NCBI GenBank assembly: GCA_036785375.1
Contig: JAWMAR010001141.1
Span: 124,001 to 188,000, forward strand
Length of the DNA: 64,000 nt
DNA from: Leucoraja ocellata
Taxonomy: Eukaryota
Reading direction: 5' to 3'
The position numbers and the translations under genes were made by a program. Below, in pieces: positions 12,393 through 24,079 of this stretch. The notes under the pieces were generated by a model. It was not told the DNA's origin. It searched no databases and saw nothing but the letters and a program-made list of their open reading frames with translations. The first letter of the stretch is position 1; each line of letters opens with the position of its first letter.

Positions 12393-12620
12393 TGCCACTG
12401 TCCCACTTAGAGGAGTCCTGAACATAAACCTCTGGAGACTTTGCGCCCCACCCAAGGTTTCCGTGCAGTTCCCGGAGGTTGCAGGTGGTTGCCGGAGGTT
12501 GCAGGTAGTGGAAGCAGGTAGGGAGAGTGACAAAAACCTCCGGGAACCGCACGGAAACCTTGGGTGGGGCGCAAAGTCTCCTGAGGTTTCCGTTCAGGTT
12601 TCCTAAGTGGGACAGGAGCA
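12393..12620. mobile_element. PIF/Harbinger-like MITE, family 1
   Basis: Long TIRs (..CTGTCCCACTTAG..), flanked by TAA/TTA; second copy at 58799-59001. Confidence 0.8.
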
Positions 12621-13002
12621 TTACTCAGCGGGACAGGTGGCTTGTTTGTAGATTGATCGGCTTCTGTAACTTGTCCTTGGCGTGTAGGATAGTGCAAGTG
12701 TACGCAGGATCATTGGTCATTGTTCACTTTAATTGGCTTCCGTAAATTGTCCCTAGTCTGCAGGATAGAACCTGTGTACAGGTGATCTTTGGTCTGTGCA
12801 GACTCGGTGGACCGAAGGGCCTGTTTCCGCTCTGTATCCCTAGTCTAAAACTAAATCTAAATAACATATAGACTCTGATTCAATGCCAGGCTGTAGAAAT
12901 GAAGCTAATAACTGAGTTGAAAGGACCCATTAAAGTTAACGTACAAGTTTGAAGTGTTGAAAGCAGATACACTATAATTATAATCCAATTGTTGAGAACG
13001 GA

Positions 13003-13140
13003 TCAATTCTGGCATGAGAGATTCTCCTTCTCTTCGTGGTCTGGTGTCTGATGAATATCGCGGAAGGTTTCTTGTGTCTGAGTGCTGGATTTATCCGTGG
13101 TCGTGTCACTTAATTTACCTTCTTCGTCATCTCTGGAAGA
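13003..13140 (-). CDS. Gene A exon 6, acidic Ser/Thr-rich tail (SSRDDEEGKLSDTTTDKSS...ENLSCQN*)
   Basis: ccttcttttgaaag acceptor in phase 0, 45 open codons to TGA; AATAAA signals on the minus strand near 11376-11398. Confidence 0.7.
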   Translation of the reverse strand, partial: SSRDDEEGKLSDTTTDKSSTQTQETFRDIHQTPDHEEKENLSCQN

Positions 13141-13282
13141 CTTTCAAAAGAAGGTCAAAATGTTATTGTTAAACAGTATGTCATCCGTCGATCTTTAAGC
13201 CAAAACAAATTTAAATCTTTTATTGATTATTGATTCCACCACAGAATGCTGAATATGGCTCTCTTTTAATTCTTGTTATAAT

Positions 13283-13680
13283 CATGGGCTTGTACACTCT
13301 GGAGTTTAGAAGGATGAGAGGGTATCTCATTGAAACATATAAGATTGTTAAGGGCTTGGACACGCTAGAGGCAGGAAACATGTTCCCGATGTTCGGGGAG
13401 TCCAGAACCAGGGGCCACAGTTCAAGAATAAGGAGTAAGCCATTTAGAACGGAGACGAAACGGAGTCTGTGGAATTCTCTGCCTCAGAGGGTGGTAGAGG
13501 CAGGTTCTCTGGATGCTTTCAAGAGAGAGCTAGATAGGGCTCTTAAAAATAGCGAAGTCAGGGGATATGGGGAGGAGGCAGGAACGGGGTACTAATTGGG
13601 GATGATCAGCCATGATCACATTGAATGGCGGTGCTGGCTCGAAGGGCCGAATGGCCTACTCCTGCACCTATTGTCTATTG
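13283..13680 (+). mobile_element. CR1-type LINE 3' fragment
   Basis: GLYTLEFRRMRGYLIETYK; (CTATTGT)n tail. Confidence 0.85.
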
Positions 13681-14775
13681 ATTTAATTGGAACAATAAAT
13701 GAAATGGGTTAGCTGAAGGACGATATTGTACTTTATGTTTTTTTTTAAAATGATTAGCATGGTTCAGTTACAATTTGCCAACGAGCCATCTTTATATAGT
13801 CATAGTGTGACACAGTGTGGAAACAGGCTCTTCAGCCCAGTTTGTCCACACCAGCCGACATGTCGCAGGTACACTAGTCCCACCTGCCTGCGCTTGGTCC
13901 ATAACCCTCCAAACCGGTCTAACCTTTTTTTAAATGTTGGGATAGTCCCAGCCTCAATTACTTCCTCTGGCAGCTCGATCCATACACTCACCACCCTTCG
14001 TTTAAAAAAGTTCACGAGTCAAGAGTGTTTTATTGTCATATGTCCCAGATAGGACAATGAAATTCTTACTTGCTGCAGCACAACAGAATATGGAAACATA
14101 GTACATATTGGGAGAAAAAAAAAACTTCAGTATGTATATATACACATACACACACACTCAATAAATAAACAAATATAGTGCAATAATAATAATAGTCTAC
14201 TTCAATAGTTAACCCTCAGATTCCCATCACCTTAAACCTCTGGGCCACAAATTCACCCACTCTGGGCAAGAGACTCTGTGCATATATTTAGATTAAAACA
14301 GGACTATATTGTACTTCTGTTATAATGTGAATATATGAAGATGACCCTGTGACACGTTGTAGCTGAACCATGCTCATCATAAGATAACAACAAGTAGAAG
14401 CTAAGGAGGTGATCTGCCTCTTTACGACAGTTCTGCCATGTGTTCTCTGGAATGCCGAAGGTTGAGGGGAGACCTATATAAAACTATGAGCGGCATTGAG
14501 AGGGGAGACAGCCAGAAACCTTTTTCCCCAGACTGGAGAGCATAGCTTTAAGGTGTTTGGGGCAATGTTTAAAGGACATGTAAGGCCCAAGTTTACTTTT
14601 TTTTTTTACACATAGAGGGTGGTGGGTGACTGGTTTGCACAGCTGTGTGTGATGGTGGTGGAGGCAGATTATGAAAGTGGCATTTAAGAGACACTTGGAC
14701 AAGCACATGGATATGCAGGGATACTGATTATGTGCGGACAGAAAGGGGTTAGTCTCACTATCATTGTCAGTACAG

Positions 14776-15090
14776 GGGCGGCACGGTGGCGCAGCGGTAG
14801 ATTTGCTGCCTTACAGCGCCTGTGACCCGGGTTCGATCCTGACTACGGGTGCTGTCTGTATGGAGTTTGTACGTTCTCCCTGTGACCTGCGTGGGTTATC
14901 TCTGGGAGCTACGGTTTCCTCCAGCACTCCACAGTCGTACAGGTTTGTACGCTAATGGGCTTCGTGAAATTGTAAATTGTCCCTGGTGTGTGTCGGATAG
15001 TGTAAGTGTGCGGGGATTGCCGGTCGGCGCGGACTCGGTGGGCCGAAGTGCCTGTTTCTACACTGTATCTTTAAAATAAACTAAACTAAA
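14776..15090 (+). mobile_element. HE1-type tRNA-derived V-SINE (representative of more than 20 copies in the window)
   Basis: GGGCGGCACGGTGGCGCAGCGGTAGA head with A/B boxes, central GGTTTCCTCC(C)ACACTCC domain, GGGCCGAAG..CCTGTTTC tail, (CTAAA)n end. Confidence 0.88.
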
Positions 15091-15344
15091 CTGCAGACAC
15101 TGTGGGCCGAAGGGCCTGTTCATGTGCTGTACTGTTCTGTGGTCTGTATTTTTAATCTTATACACCAACTCCATCTGATCCCCATAACCCTTGGGCACTC
15201 ACATGCGCCCAGATTGTACTTGGCGTTTAGTGGATTATGTGGAACAATATTGTATAGAATACATCGCATAAATAAATATCCAAGCGATAGCATAGAGACA
15301 CATTCTATTAATGATCAGACAGACATCAGATGAGAATTCCTTAC

Positions 15345-15400
15345 CACAGAATTGCAGACAGCATTATATTCTTCTTCTTTGTGACCGATTCCTTTCTTCC
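15345..15400 (-). CDS. Gene A exon 5, cytoplasmic (GKKGIGHKEEEYNAVCNSV)
   Basis: catccttag acceptor, GTG|GTAAGG donor, 56 nt like gene B exon 5. Confidence 0.8.
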
Positions 15401-15542
15401 CTAAGGATGATAAAGAAATAGATTGCAGTAATATGACTACAAATTAATCCGTTGCAGTACATATTTTAATGAATAGTTGTCTGCAGTGTGTTTTGATATT
15501 TGCAATAAGCAAGTCGACTGAAAGGTAATTTTTTACTTCAAA

Positions 15543-15865
15543 GCAGCACAGTGGTGCAGCGGTAGAGTTGCTGCTTTACAGCGCCGGAGACACGGGTTCA
15601 ATCCTCATTACGGGTGCTGTCTGTACGGAGTTAGCACGTTCTCCCCGTGACCTGCGTGGATTTTCTCCGGGTGCTCTGGTTTCCTGCCACACTCCAAAGA
15701 TGTGCAGGTTTGTACGTTAATTGGCTTCTGGAAATTGTCCCTTGTGTGTAGGATAGAACTAGTGTAGGGGGTGGTCGCTGGTTGGTGAGGACTCGGTGGG
15801 ACGAAAGGGCCTGTTTCCACGCTGTATCTCCAAACTAAACTAAATTAAACTAAACTAAACCAAAC
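15543..15865 (+). mobile_element. HE1-type SINE
   Basis: Head, core and (CTAAA)n tail. Confidence 0.85.
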
Positions 15866-16826
15866 TCAAAAGATGTGCATGTTTGTAGGTTAATTGACTT
15901 CTGTAAATTGTCCCTTGTGTGTGGGATGGAACTAGTGTACGCTGGTTGGACTCGGTGGGCTTATGGCTGTATCTCTAAACTAAACTAAACAGCAAGAAAA
16001 CATTATATCTCAGAAGATGTCCCTTTAAAACACATCCAAGCACATCATGTGTCACTGTAGGATTGCTATTTTTTTTTTAAATGTCAGCCTGTCTTTAATC
16101 CACCTGAAAACACCAAAATGGCTCCTCTTGCTCTTGGTACTGATTTAATAATTCAGTAAATGAATAATTGAACCATACTGTGGTGATGGAGGATGGACTT
16201 GAATGAATGTCACACACACAGGACCTATTTTATCACTCCTATGATTGGAACGTTATGTTACTGTCCTTGTGCATACTTGTGTCTTGTATGTACAGCATTG
16301 TATATTGTTCTCTGTCTATTGCTCGATTCGAGTCTGTAGTGTCAGGGCATATTCTTATTCATTGTTCGTCTCGAGTGCAGCCTCTCCATAGATTCCTGCA
16401 GGTGTCAGCTGGTGACACTGTGAGCCAGAGGTTGGGGGGGTTCAAATCCCACTGCCATATGAGTCGAACACAAAGATCGTGTCTAACCATTCAGCGTGGA
16501 ACTCAAGCACTGAATTATTGTTGGAGATGCTGTCGGATGAGACAAGTAACTTAGGCTTTCCCTGTTTTCTCTGAAGGGTCTGTTAAGCTGCTGCATGCAA
16601 GAATTTCATTGTTCTGTTTTCAATATATTTGATAATTAAATACTCTTAACTTGGCTTGAGGATATATGAGGTCGTTAGCCAAGGTGAATTGATTACTATT
16701 TGCCCCACATGATCCATGTCCTAATTTTATTGAAAACACAAATAATCTGAGTATTAACACATCAGTTTGCATGTTTTCCCCGTGACCGTGTGGGTTTTCT
16801 CCGGGTGCTCCCGTTTCCTCCCTAAA

Positions 16827-17511
16827 CTTTAGAAGGATGAGAGGGTGTCTTATTGAAACATGGAAGATTATTAAGGGATTGGACACACTAGAGGCAGGAA
16901 ACATGTTCCTGATGTTGGAGGAGTCCAGAACCAGGGGCCACATTTTAAATATAAGGGGTAGGCCATTTAGAACGGAGATGAGGAAAAAGGTTTTAACCCA
17001 GAGTTGTGAATCTGTGGCATTCTCTGCTTCAGGAGGCAGCGGAGGCCAATTCTCTGGAGGCTTTCAGGAGAGAGTTAAGGGCCTGTTCCACTTGGAGATT
17101 TTTTCAGCGACTGTCGGCGTCATATCAGGGTCGCCAAAAGATTTCGAACATTTCAAAATCCAGCGGCGACAAAAAAAATGTTGCGACACTTGAAAAAACA
17201 GTGCGCGTCATATGCCATCACGCCGAGTCACCACCGTGTCATATGTCATCACACCGCATCATCACCGTGTCATACATCATCATGCCGCGTATATTTCTGT
17301 GACCTGATCTGTCAGTCAATGATGCCGGCAGTCGGCGAGAAAATCGGCAAATGGGACAGACCCTTAGACAGAGCTCTTAAAGATAGTGGAGACAAGGGAT
17401 ATGGGGAGAAGGCAGGAACGGGGTACTGATTGTGGATGATCAACCATGATCACAGTGAATGGCGGTGCTGGCTTAAAGGGCTGAATGGCCTACTCCTGCA
17501 CCTATTGTCTA
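16827..17511 (+). mobile_element. CR1-type LINE 3' fragment interrupted by a MITE
   Basis: ORF2 C-terminus split at GAGAGTTA by the insertion at 17078-17364. Confidence 0.85.
17078..17364. mobile_element. PIF/Harbinger-like MITE, family 2
   Basis: TIR AGGGCCTGT(T/C)CCACTTGG, TTA target; second copy at 49541-49762. Confidence 0.8.
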
Positions 17512-18059
17512 TCCCAAAAAACATGCGGTGTTTGTAGTCGAGTTTAGTTTCTTAAGTTTGGTTTACTGCCACATGTGCCGAGGTACAATAAAAAGCTTTT
17601 ATGATATTTGGCCTTTGTAAAATTGCCCCTGGTGTGTAGGGAATGGACGTAAATGTGGGATAATGTAGAACTAGCTTGAGTGAGTGATCAATAGTCGGTA
17701 TGGATTTGGTGTACCATGTCGTATCTGTAAACTAAACTAAAAATCATCCCATTTGTTGCCATTTTTTCCACATTTTAAACAACTCCAAAGTAATGTTTGA
17801 TAGTGTGCTCTTTTTCTGTTTCTTTTCCTTTGTTTTAGCATCTATTTTTAGAAGTGGAATTAGGATTTTGTTAATACATAATATATAATTTTGATAATTC
17901 AGGTATACCTCACAAGCACATGGATGGATGGAGCTTTATTTTGTATCTTTTTGATGTAAATGTTCCTGGAGTATTTTTGTGGTCCCTTCAAATCAAATTT
18001 GCAACTGTACACAGGGGTGTGAATTTGCTTGGAGTTGCTCACCATCAAAGGAATCTAGT

Positions 18060-18515
18060 TCAAGTTCAAGTGAGTTTATTGTCATGTGTCCCTGATAGGA
18101 CAATTAAATTCTTGCTTTGCTTCAGCACAACAGAACATAGTAGGCATTGACTACAAGTGTGTCCATATACCATTATATAAATATATACACACATGAATAA
18201 ATAAACTGATCAAGTGCAAATAACAGATAATGGGCTATTAATGTTCAGAGTTATGTCCGAGCCAGGTTTAATAGCCTGATTGCTGTGCGGAAGTAGCTAT
18301 TCATGAACCTGGTTGTTGCAGTCTTCATGCTCCTGTACCTTCTACCTGTAGGTATCAGGGAGATGAGTGTGTGGCCAGGATGGTGTGGGTCCTTGATGAT
18401 ACTGCCAGCCTTTTTGAGGCACCGACTGCGATAGATCCCCTCGATGGCAGGGAGGTCAGAGCCGATGATGGACTGGGCAGTGTTTCCTACTTTTTGTAGT
18501 CTTTTCCTCGCCAGG
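18060..18515 (-). mobile_element. Rex1/Babar-type LINE 3' fragment
   Basis: ORF 18251-18586: LPAIEGIYRSRCLKKAGSIIKDPHHPGH..GRRYRS..SYFRTAIRLLN. Confidence 0.8.
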
Positions 18516-18634
18516 GCACTATCGTCTGATCTATCGTCATCAAAAAGACAGCCAACTACATCAAAGACCCACACCATCCTGGCCATCTCACCACTGCCAT
18601 CAGGAAGAAGGTACAGGAGCCTGAGAACTATAAC

Positions 18635-19585
18635 TAGAACTTGGGAATGTGAGGAGCCATCTTGGGGAGCGGCTGCTAACCAGCAACCGTCCGTTTACTT
18701 TGCTTTTTAAAAAAAAAGGTTTTTTAGTAAGTCCTGTGTTTCGTCCGTTGGAGAAATTGACTTTTTAATGTGGGGGGTTGGAGGCAATTTTACTTCTAGG
18801 TCCCTACCTGGTCGATGAGGCAGCTTTTTCTCCGGGCTGCCCGTCGACCGTCCTCATGGCCTACCAGCAGGCTTGGAGCGCCGTTTCCTGGCGGGGACCG
18901 CCCAGCACCTCAGCCTCGGTGGCGGCGCAGTGCTGGGGCGCTGTCGCGGAGCGGGCGATGCCTTGCCTGGGTCGCCGTGCTGGAGCTCCGGTGAGCTGTG
19001 TCCGCCGTGTTCGACACGTCCGGGCTGCGGAGCGGGCGGCGCCGATTTCAACATCTGGAGCCTGGGAGCTCCAGGCCGGCGCGGCCTTGTCGGCTTCGGA
19101 AGCCGCGGTCTCCAGCTAGGAAGCGGCCATTCCAAGTGGCCCAGCCGCTGAGAGAACTCTCCCGACGCTGGGGCAAGATCACCTGGTGAGAACGGCCAGG
19201 AACATCGGGCCTCCGTAGAGGCAATTGCGGTGGCCTCAATAGGCCTGACTTTGGGTGAACTTGGGGTTGGGGACTGGACATTGTGCCTTCCCCCACAGTG
19301 GTATCCATTGTGAGGGGATGATTTTTTTGTTGTCTGTAAGTAATCCTGTTAGTCTTTGTCCAAGATGGCTGTCGGAAGGGAGAGTGGACGCTGGCGCGCG
19401 TTAGCTGCCACTGCTCTCTTTTTCACATTGTGTTTTTGATTTTTTGTTTTTGGATTGAATTCTGTTTTTAATTTGTGTTTCTGTGATGTCTTTATTATTT
19501 ATTTTATTCTGATTATACGTTTTTTATTCCTGTTAATCTCTGTGAGGTGTCCTTGAGATTTCTGAAAGGCGCCCAAAAATAAAAT

Positions 19586-19616
<31 letters not shown>
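18635..19616 (+). mobile_element. GC-rich non-autonomous retroelement, copy 1, (TTA)n tail
   Basis: Interrupts a Rex-type fragment with TSD TATAAC (18629-18634, 19617-19622); core shared with 29310-30233 and 60617-61447. Confidence 0.75.
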
Positions 19617-19620
<4 letters not shown>

Positions 19621-19980
19621 ACGTCCAGGTTCAGGAACAGCTTCTTCCCTGCAGCCATCAGGCTATTAAACACTACAACCTCATACACTCTGAACTACAA
19701 TAGACTATTATTATTATTATTGCACTGTTATTGTTGGGGGTTTTTTTCTGAGTTTTTGTTATATTATTTATTATGAATACATATTCTGTTGTGCTGCAGT
19801 AAGAATTTCATTGTTCTATCTGGGACATATGACAATAAAACACTCTCGACTATTGTAGGGTTAGAACTGAAGAAATGGGAGAGATTTCTGGAGAATTCCA
19901 CATTTCCCTCTTCAGCTCATCCACTGGATGTAGAAAGTTTTCTCATGTACTAATGGAATGTTTAAAGTTGCGTCACTTAC

Positions 19981-20084
19981 CCGCTGCGGAATATTTCCTG
20001 CATTTTATGACAAAAACAGCAGTAACAATCAAAACAATCAAAACTCCAAATATGCTTCCCAGAAGAATGGATATATTTACGGAA
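19981..20084 (-). CDS. Gene A exon 4, transmembrane (ISILLGSIFGVLIVLIVTAVFVI-KCRKYSAA)
   Basis: ttattcccacag acceptor, CGG|GTAAGT donor, phases 2/1, hydrophobic helix followed by basic residues. Confidence 0.9.
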
Positions 20085-20184
20085 CTGTGGGAATAAAATA
20101 AAAGCAAAAGTTAATTATCCCAAGCCAATTTTCATACTTGTTGTTTCTTACGGTTTTCAATTTTCTATTCCCATTTCTGTTAGA

Positions 20185-20790
20185 TCATGTCATAAATGAC
20201 AGGAGCAGAATTAGGCCATTCGGCCCATAAAGTCGACTCCGCCGTTAAATCCTGGCTGATCTATCTCACCCTCCTAACCCCATTCTCCTGCCTTCTCCCC
20301 ATAACCCCTGACACCCGTACTAATCAAGAATCTATCTATCTAATTCTGCCTTAAAAATATCCATTGACGTCCTCCACGGACTAAAGAAATTCCTCCTCAT
20401 CTCCTTCCTAAAGGAACGTCCTTTATTTCTGAGGCAATTACCTCTAGTCCTAGACTCTCCCACTAGTGGAAACATCCTCTCCACATCCACTCTATCCAAG
20501 CCTTTCATTATTTTGTATGTTTCAATGCGATACCCCTTCATTCTTCTAAACTCTTGCGAGTACAGGCCCAACGCTGTCAAACGCTCATTCATAACTCACT
20601 CATTCCTGGGATCATTCTTGTAAACCTCCTCTGGACCCTCTCCAGACTCAGCACATCCGTCCTCAGATACGGTGCCCAAAATTACTCACCATGCTCCAAA
20701 AACGGCCTTACCAGCGCCTTATAGAGCCTCAGCATTATATCTCTGTCTTTGTATTCTAGCCTTCTTGAAATAAATGCTAGCATTGCTAGC
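20185..20790 (-). mobile_element. CR1-type LINE 3' fragment
   Basis: ORF 20332-20592 GLYSQEFRRMKG..IETYKIMKGLDRVD. Confidence 0.85.
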
Positions 20791-20883
20791 ATCTGTTGCT
20801 AAAACCACTGATGTTTGCGGGATGCAGACCCCCAGACACTAACTATATACCCAACACCAGGTACATACACAAGTCACATGGGG

Positions 20884-21396
20884 ACATGAACGATGTGGAG
20901 GTTTGCAAACTGCTAACGCTGAAGGGAGACAGAAGGAACTGCAGATGCTGGAATCTTGAATAAGATGAAAAGTGCTGGAGCAACTCAGCAGGTCAGGCAG
21001 CAACTGAGGATAGACACGGATAGACAATGTTTTGGGTCAAGATCAGCTTTACAAGCACAAAGTGCTGGAGTAACTCAATGGGCCAAGCTGCATCTGTGGA
21101 AGGAATGAATTGGCGATGTTTCAGGTTGGGACCCTGCTTAAGATTGAGACACAAAGAACTGCAGATGCTGGAATTGAGAGTAAGTTACCGTAGTAACTCA
21201 GTGGGTCAGGAGACACGTGGAACCCCAAAACTGCAGTCTTGACCCAAAACATTGTCTATCCATTGTCTATCCTCAGTTGCTGCCTGACCTGCTGAGTTGC
21301 TCCAGCACTTTTCATCTTATTCAAGATTCCAGCATCTGCAGTTCCTTCTGTCTCCATTCAGCTTTAGATGTTTGCAAACCTCCACATCGTTCATGT
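20884..21396. repeat. Inverted repeat, ~160-bp arms (20884-21042, 21237-21396)
   Basis: Arms are near-identical reverse complements. Confidence 0.9.
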
Positions 21397-21932
21397 TCCT
21401 ACGGAAACACAATTGAGCACGTTATTAGAGAGCAATCAAGAGAGGAAGCCCTGAGTAATATTCACCCTTAGAATGAAGTTCCCCCTAGGAATCTACATGA
21501 GCGGCAACTCAGTTTAAATATAGAATCATATTTACACCATAGTTTGTTGCAGGTTGTTATACTTCCTATTTAAAACTTTATTTTTATTTTCAATTGGCAA
21601 TAAAAGAGTAACTGAAAGTAACATGGGGAAGTTCATTTTAAAATAGCTTGTGGTTTGGGCCAATACCAGAGGTGAGTGGTTTAATTTAGTTTAGAGATAC
21701 AGTGCGGAAACAGTGGAGGCAGATGGAATGAAAGTGTTCGAAGGGGAACTAGGTAGATACTTAAACATGAAAAGTTTGCCGGGATCCGTGGAGAGTGAAG
21801 GATAGTGAGACCAACTGGGTTACTCCAACACAGAGCTAGTTGAGATTAGATGGGCTGAACAGTCATTTCCTAAGATGTAATAATCCTGCGATTCTGTAAT
21901 CAGTTAGTACAACAAATTGATATTAGTTTAGG

Positions 21933-22182
21933 TTACACAAAAATGCTGGAGAAGCTCAGCGGGTGAGGCAGCAAATATGGAGCGAAGGAAATAGGCGACG
22001 TTTCGGGTCGAGACCCGAAGGGTGTCGACCCGAAACGTCGCCTATTTCCTTAGTCTAAAAAAAGGGTCTCGACCCAAAACATCACCCATTTCCTTCGCTC
22101 CAAAGATGCTGCTTCGCCCACTGAGTTTCTGCAGCATTTTTGTCTATCTTCGATTTTCCAGCATCTGCAGTCCCATCTTAAA
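21933..22182. mobile_element. Penelope-like terminal-repeat remnant arranged as an inverted pair (representative of many)
   Basis: GCTGGAG(T/A)AACTCAGCGGGT..CAGCATC / GGAACTGCAGATGCTG repeats with GGGTCTCGACCC GAAAC motif; family assignment from recall, not from a search. Confidence 0.6.
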
Positions 22183-22189
22183 CATTAGT

Positions 22190-22514
22190 TTAGGTTAGTT
22201 CGGTTTGGAGATAGAGTATGGAAACAGGCTATTCGGCCCACCTAGTTCGTGCTAACCAGCCATCATCCGTTCGCACTAGTTCTATGTTATCCCACTTTCT
22301 CATCAACTCTCTACACGTTAGCGACAATTTACAGAAGCCAATTAACCTAAAAACTGCAGGTCTTTGGGATGTGGGAGGAAGCGGGAGCACGCAGAGAAAA
22401 CTGAAGGGGTCACAGGGAGAATGTACAAACTCCGTATAGACAGCACCCGTAGTCAGGTTCAAACCCGGGTCCCTGGCGCTGTGAGGCAGCAACTCTACCA
22501 CTGCACCACCGTGC
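22190..22514 (-). mobile_element. HE1-type SINE
   Basis: Reverse-complement head, core and tail. Confidence 0.85.
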
Positions 22515-23280
22515 TGCTGCAGGAGATGCTTGGCGCTTTCATCCATGCATTAACAGCAACAGCTGCACAATCCAAATCATTACAGAGTTTTGGATGCAAG
22601 TACAAGCTTGTATTTTCTCCACTCTTTCATCAACAGTCTCATCTGGGCATTGATATTGAGCGGGTTCCATGGCTGTGGTTGAAATGTGGCTTGTAAAATG
22701 GAATTTGCTTCGTGATGACTGATCTGGGCCAATTTGTTTCAACGAAGAAGATCCACTAAAAGCATTATCATTCCATTCTCTTATTAGTGCTCTTGCGAAG
22801 GCAAAAGTGTCTAATATTTTGCACACTGTTTTCAACACTTGGTCAACACAGCTAATATAACTGCAGCACTCAAAGTTCACTAAAGGTCAAATCAGCAGGA
22901 AAATGTGTCAGTTTTGTTGATTGCGTGACCTAGATTTGTCACGGAAGTGGTTGCGAAAGTGGGATAACGTCGGAGCTAGTCTGAACAGGTGATCAATGGT
23001 CAGGGTGGACTTGGTGAGTTGAGGAGCCGGTTTCTATGCTATATCCCTAAACTAAATCTTCAAGGCTTTGTGGGATAAGAAGTAAACTGACACCAACAGT
23101 AATCATGCCAGAGGAAGTTGAATTGAATAGTTTATTGTCACATATAACAAGTCACAGTGAAATTCTTGGCTTGCATACCCATGGTATGCGATTAGTCACC
23201 AGGTAAAGGGCACTGACTAAGTTACAAAGTATTTGAGGTAGATACTACAACAACATTTAAAAGACAGTTGGACAGGTACA

Positions 23281-23586
23281 GCACGGTGGCGCAGCAGTAG
23301 AGTTGCTGCCTTTCAGCGCCAGAGACCCAGGTTTACGGGTGCTGTCTGTACGGAGTTTGCACGTTCTCCCCGTAACCTGCGTGGTTCTCCCCGTAACCTG
23401 ATTCTCCGCGATCTTTGGTTTCCTCCCACACTCCAAACACCTACAACTTTGCAGGTAAATTGGCTTTCTAAATAATGTGAATTGTCCCTAGTATGTGTAG
23501 GATATTATTATGTGGGGATCACTGGTCGACACGGACTCTGTGGGCCGAAGGGCCAGTTTCCACACTGTATCATTAAACTAAACTAA
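23281..23586 (+). mobile_element. HE1-type SINE nested in a CR1 fragment
   Basis: Head, core and tail; flanked by AGGTACA on both sides. Confidence 0.85.
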
Positions 23587-23674
23587 GGTACATGGATACG
23601 GGCATTTGGATTGGCTTATCGGATGTGCGACACTATGACAACCAATTCTGTTTATTTATCTATTCCACTGTTAC

Positions 23675-23741
23675 CTTTGATTTCCGTGATGAGCTGTTTC
23701 CTGAAGTTCAGGAGATATTGTAGGTGGTTGTGTTGTTGGAT
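23675..23741 (-). CDS. Gene A exon 3, Pro/Thr-rich stalk (DPTTQPPTISPELQETAHHGNQ)
   Basis: gtttttcag acceptor, AAG|GTAAC donor, phases 1/2, open frame. Confidence 0.8.
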
Positions 23742-24079
23742 CTGAAAAACAATCGCACAATTACACTTCACAGTTTGTATACGTTTATATCCAACACATT
23801 GTTTATATAGAGATAACATTTTGTCTTTGGCCTTTGGAAAAGTTGAACAACCATTCTGTGAAGGAACCTACACAGAGTTTATTGTGGCATGGTCTGGTTT
23901 AGTTTAGTTAATTTAGAGATATAGCATGGAAACACCATGGCCTCACTGTGTCTACGCCGACCATTTGTGACGTTTGTGACCAACAGTTTCTGACGACTAT
24001 AATTTGACCATAGATTCATAAATTGTAATAAAAATCTGAGTATTTCTTATTTAAAAGCATTATATCAGTCTTTTCTAAT

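Noticed and set aside
14776-14850. SINE heads as tRNA genes
   Set aside because: A/B boxes are present but there is no proper cloverleaf, and they continue into SINE core and tail.
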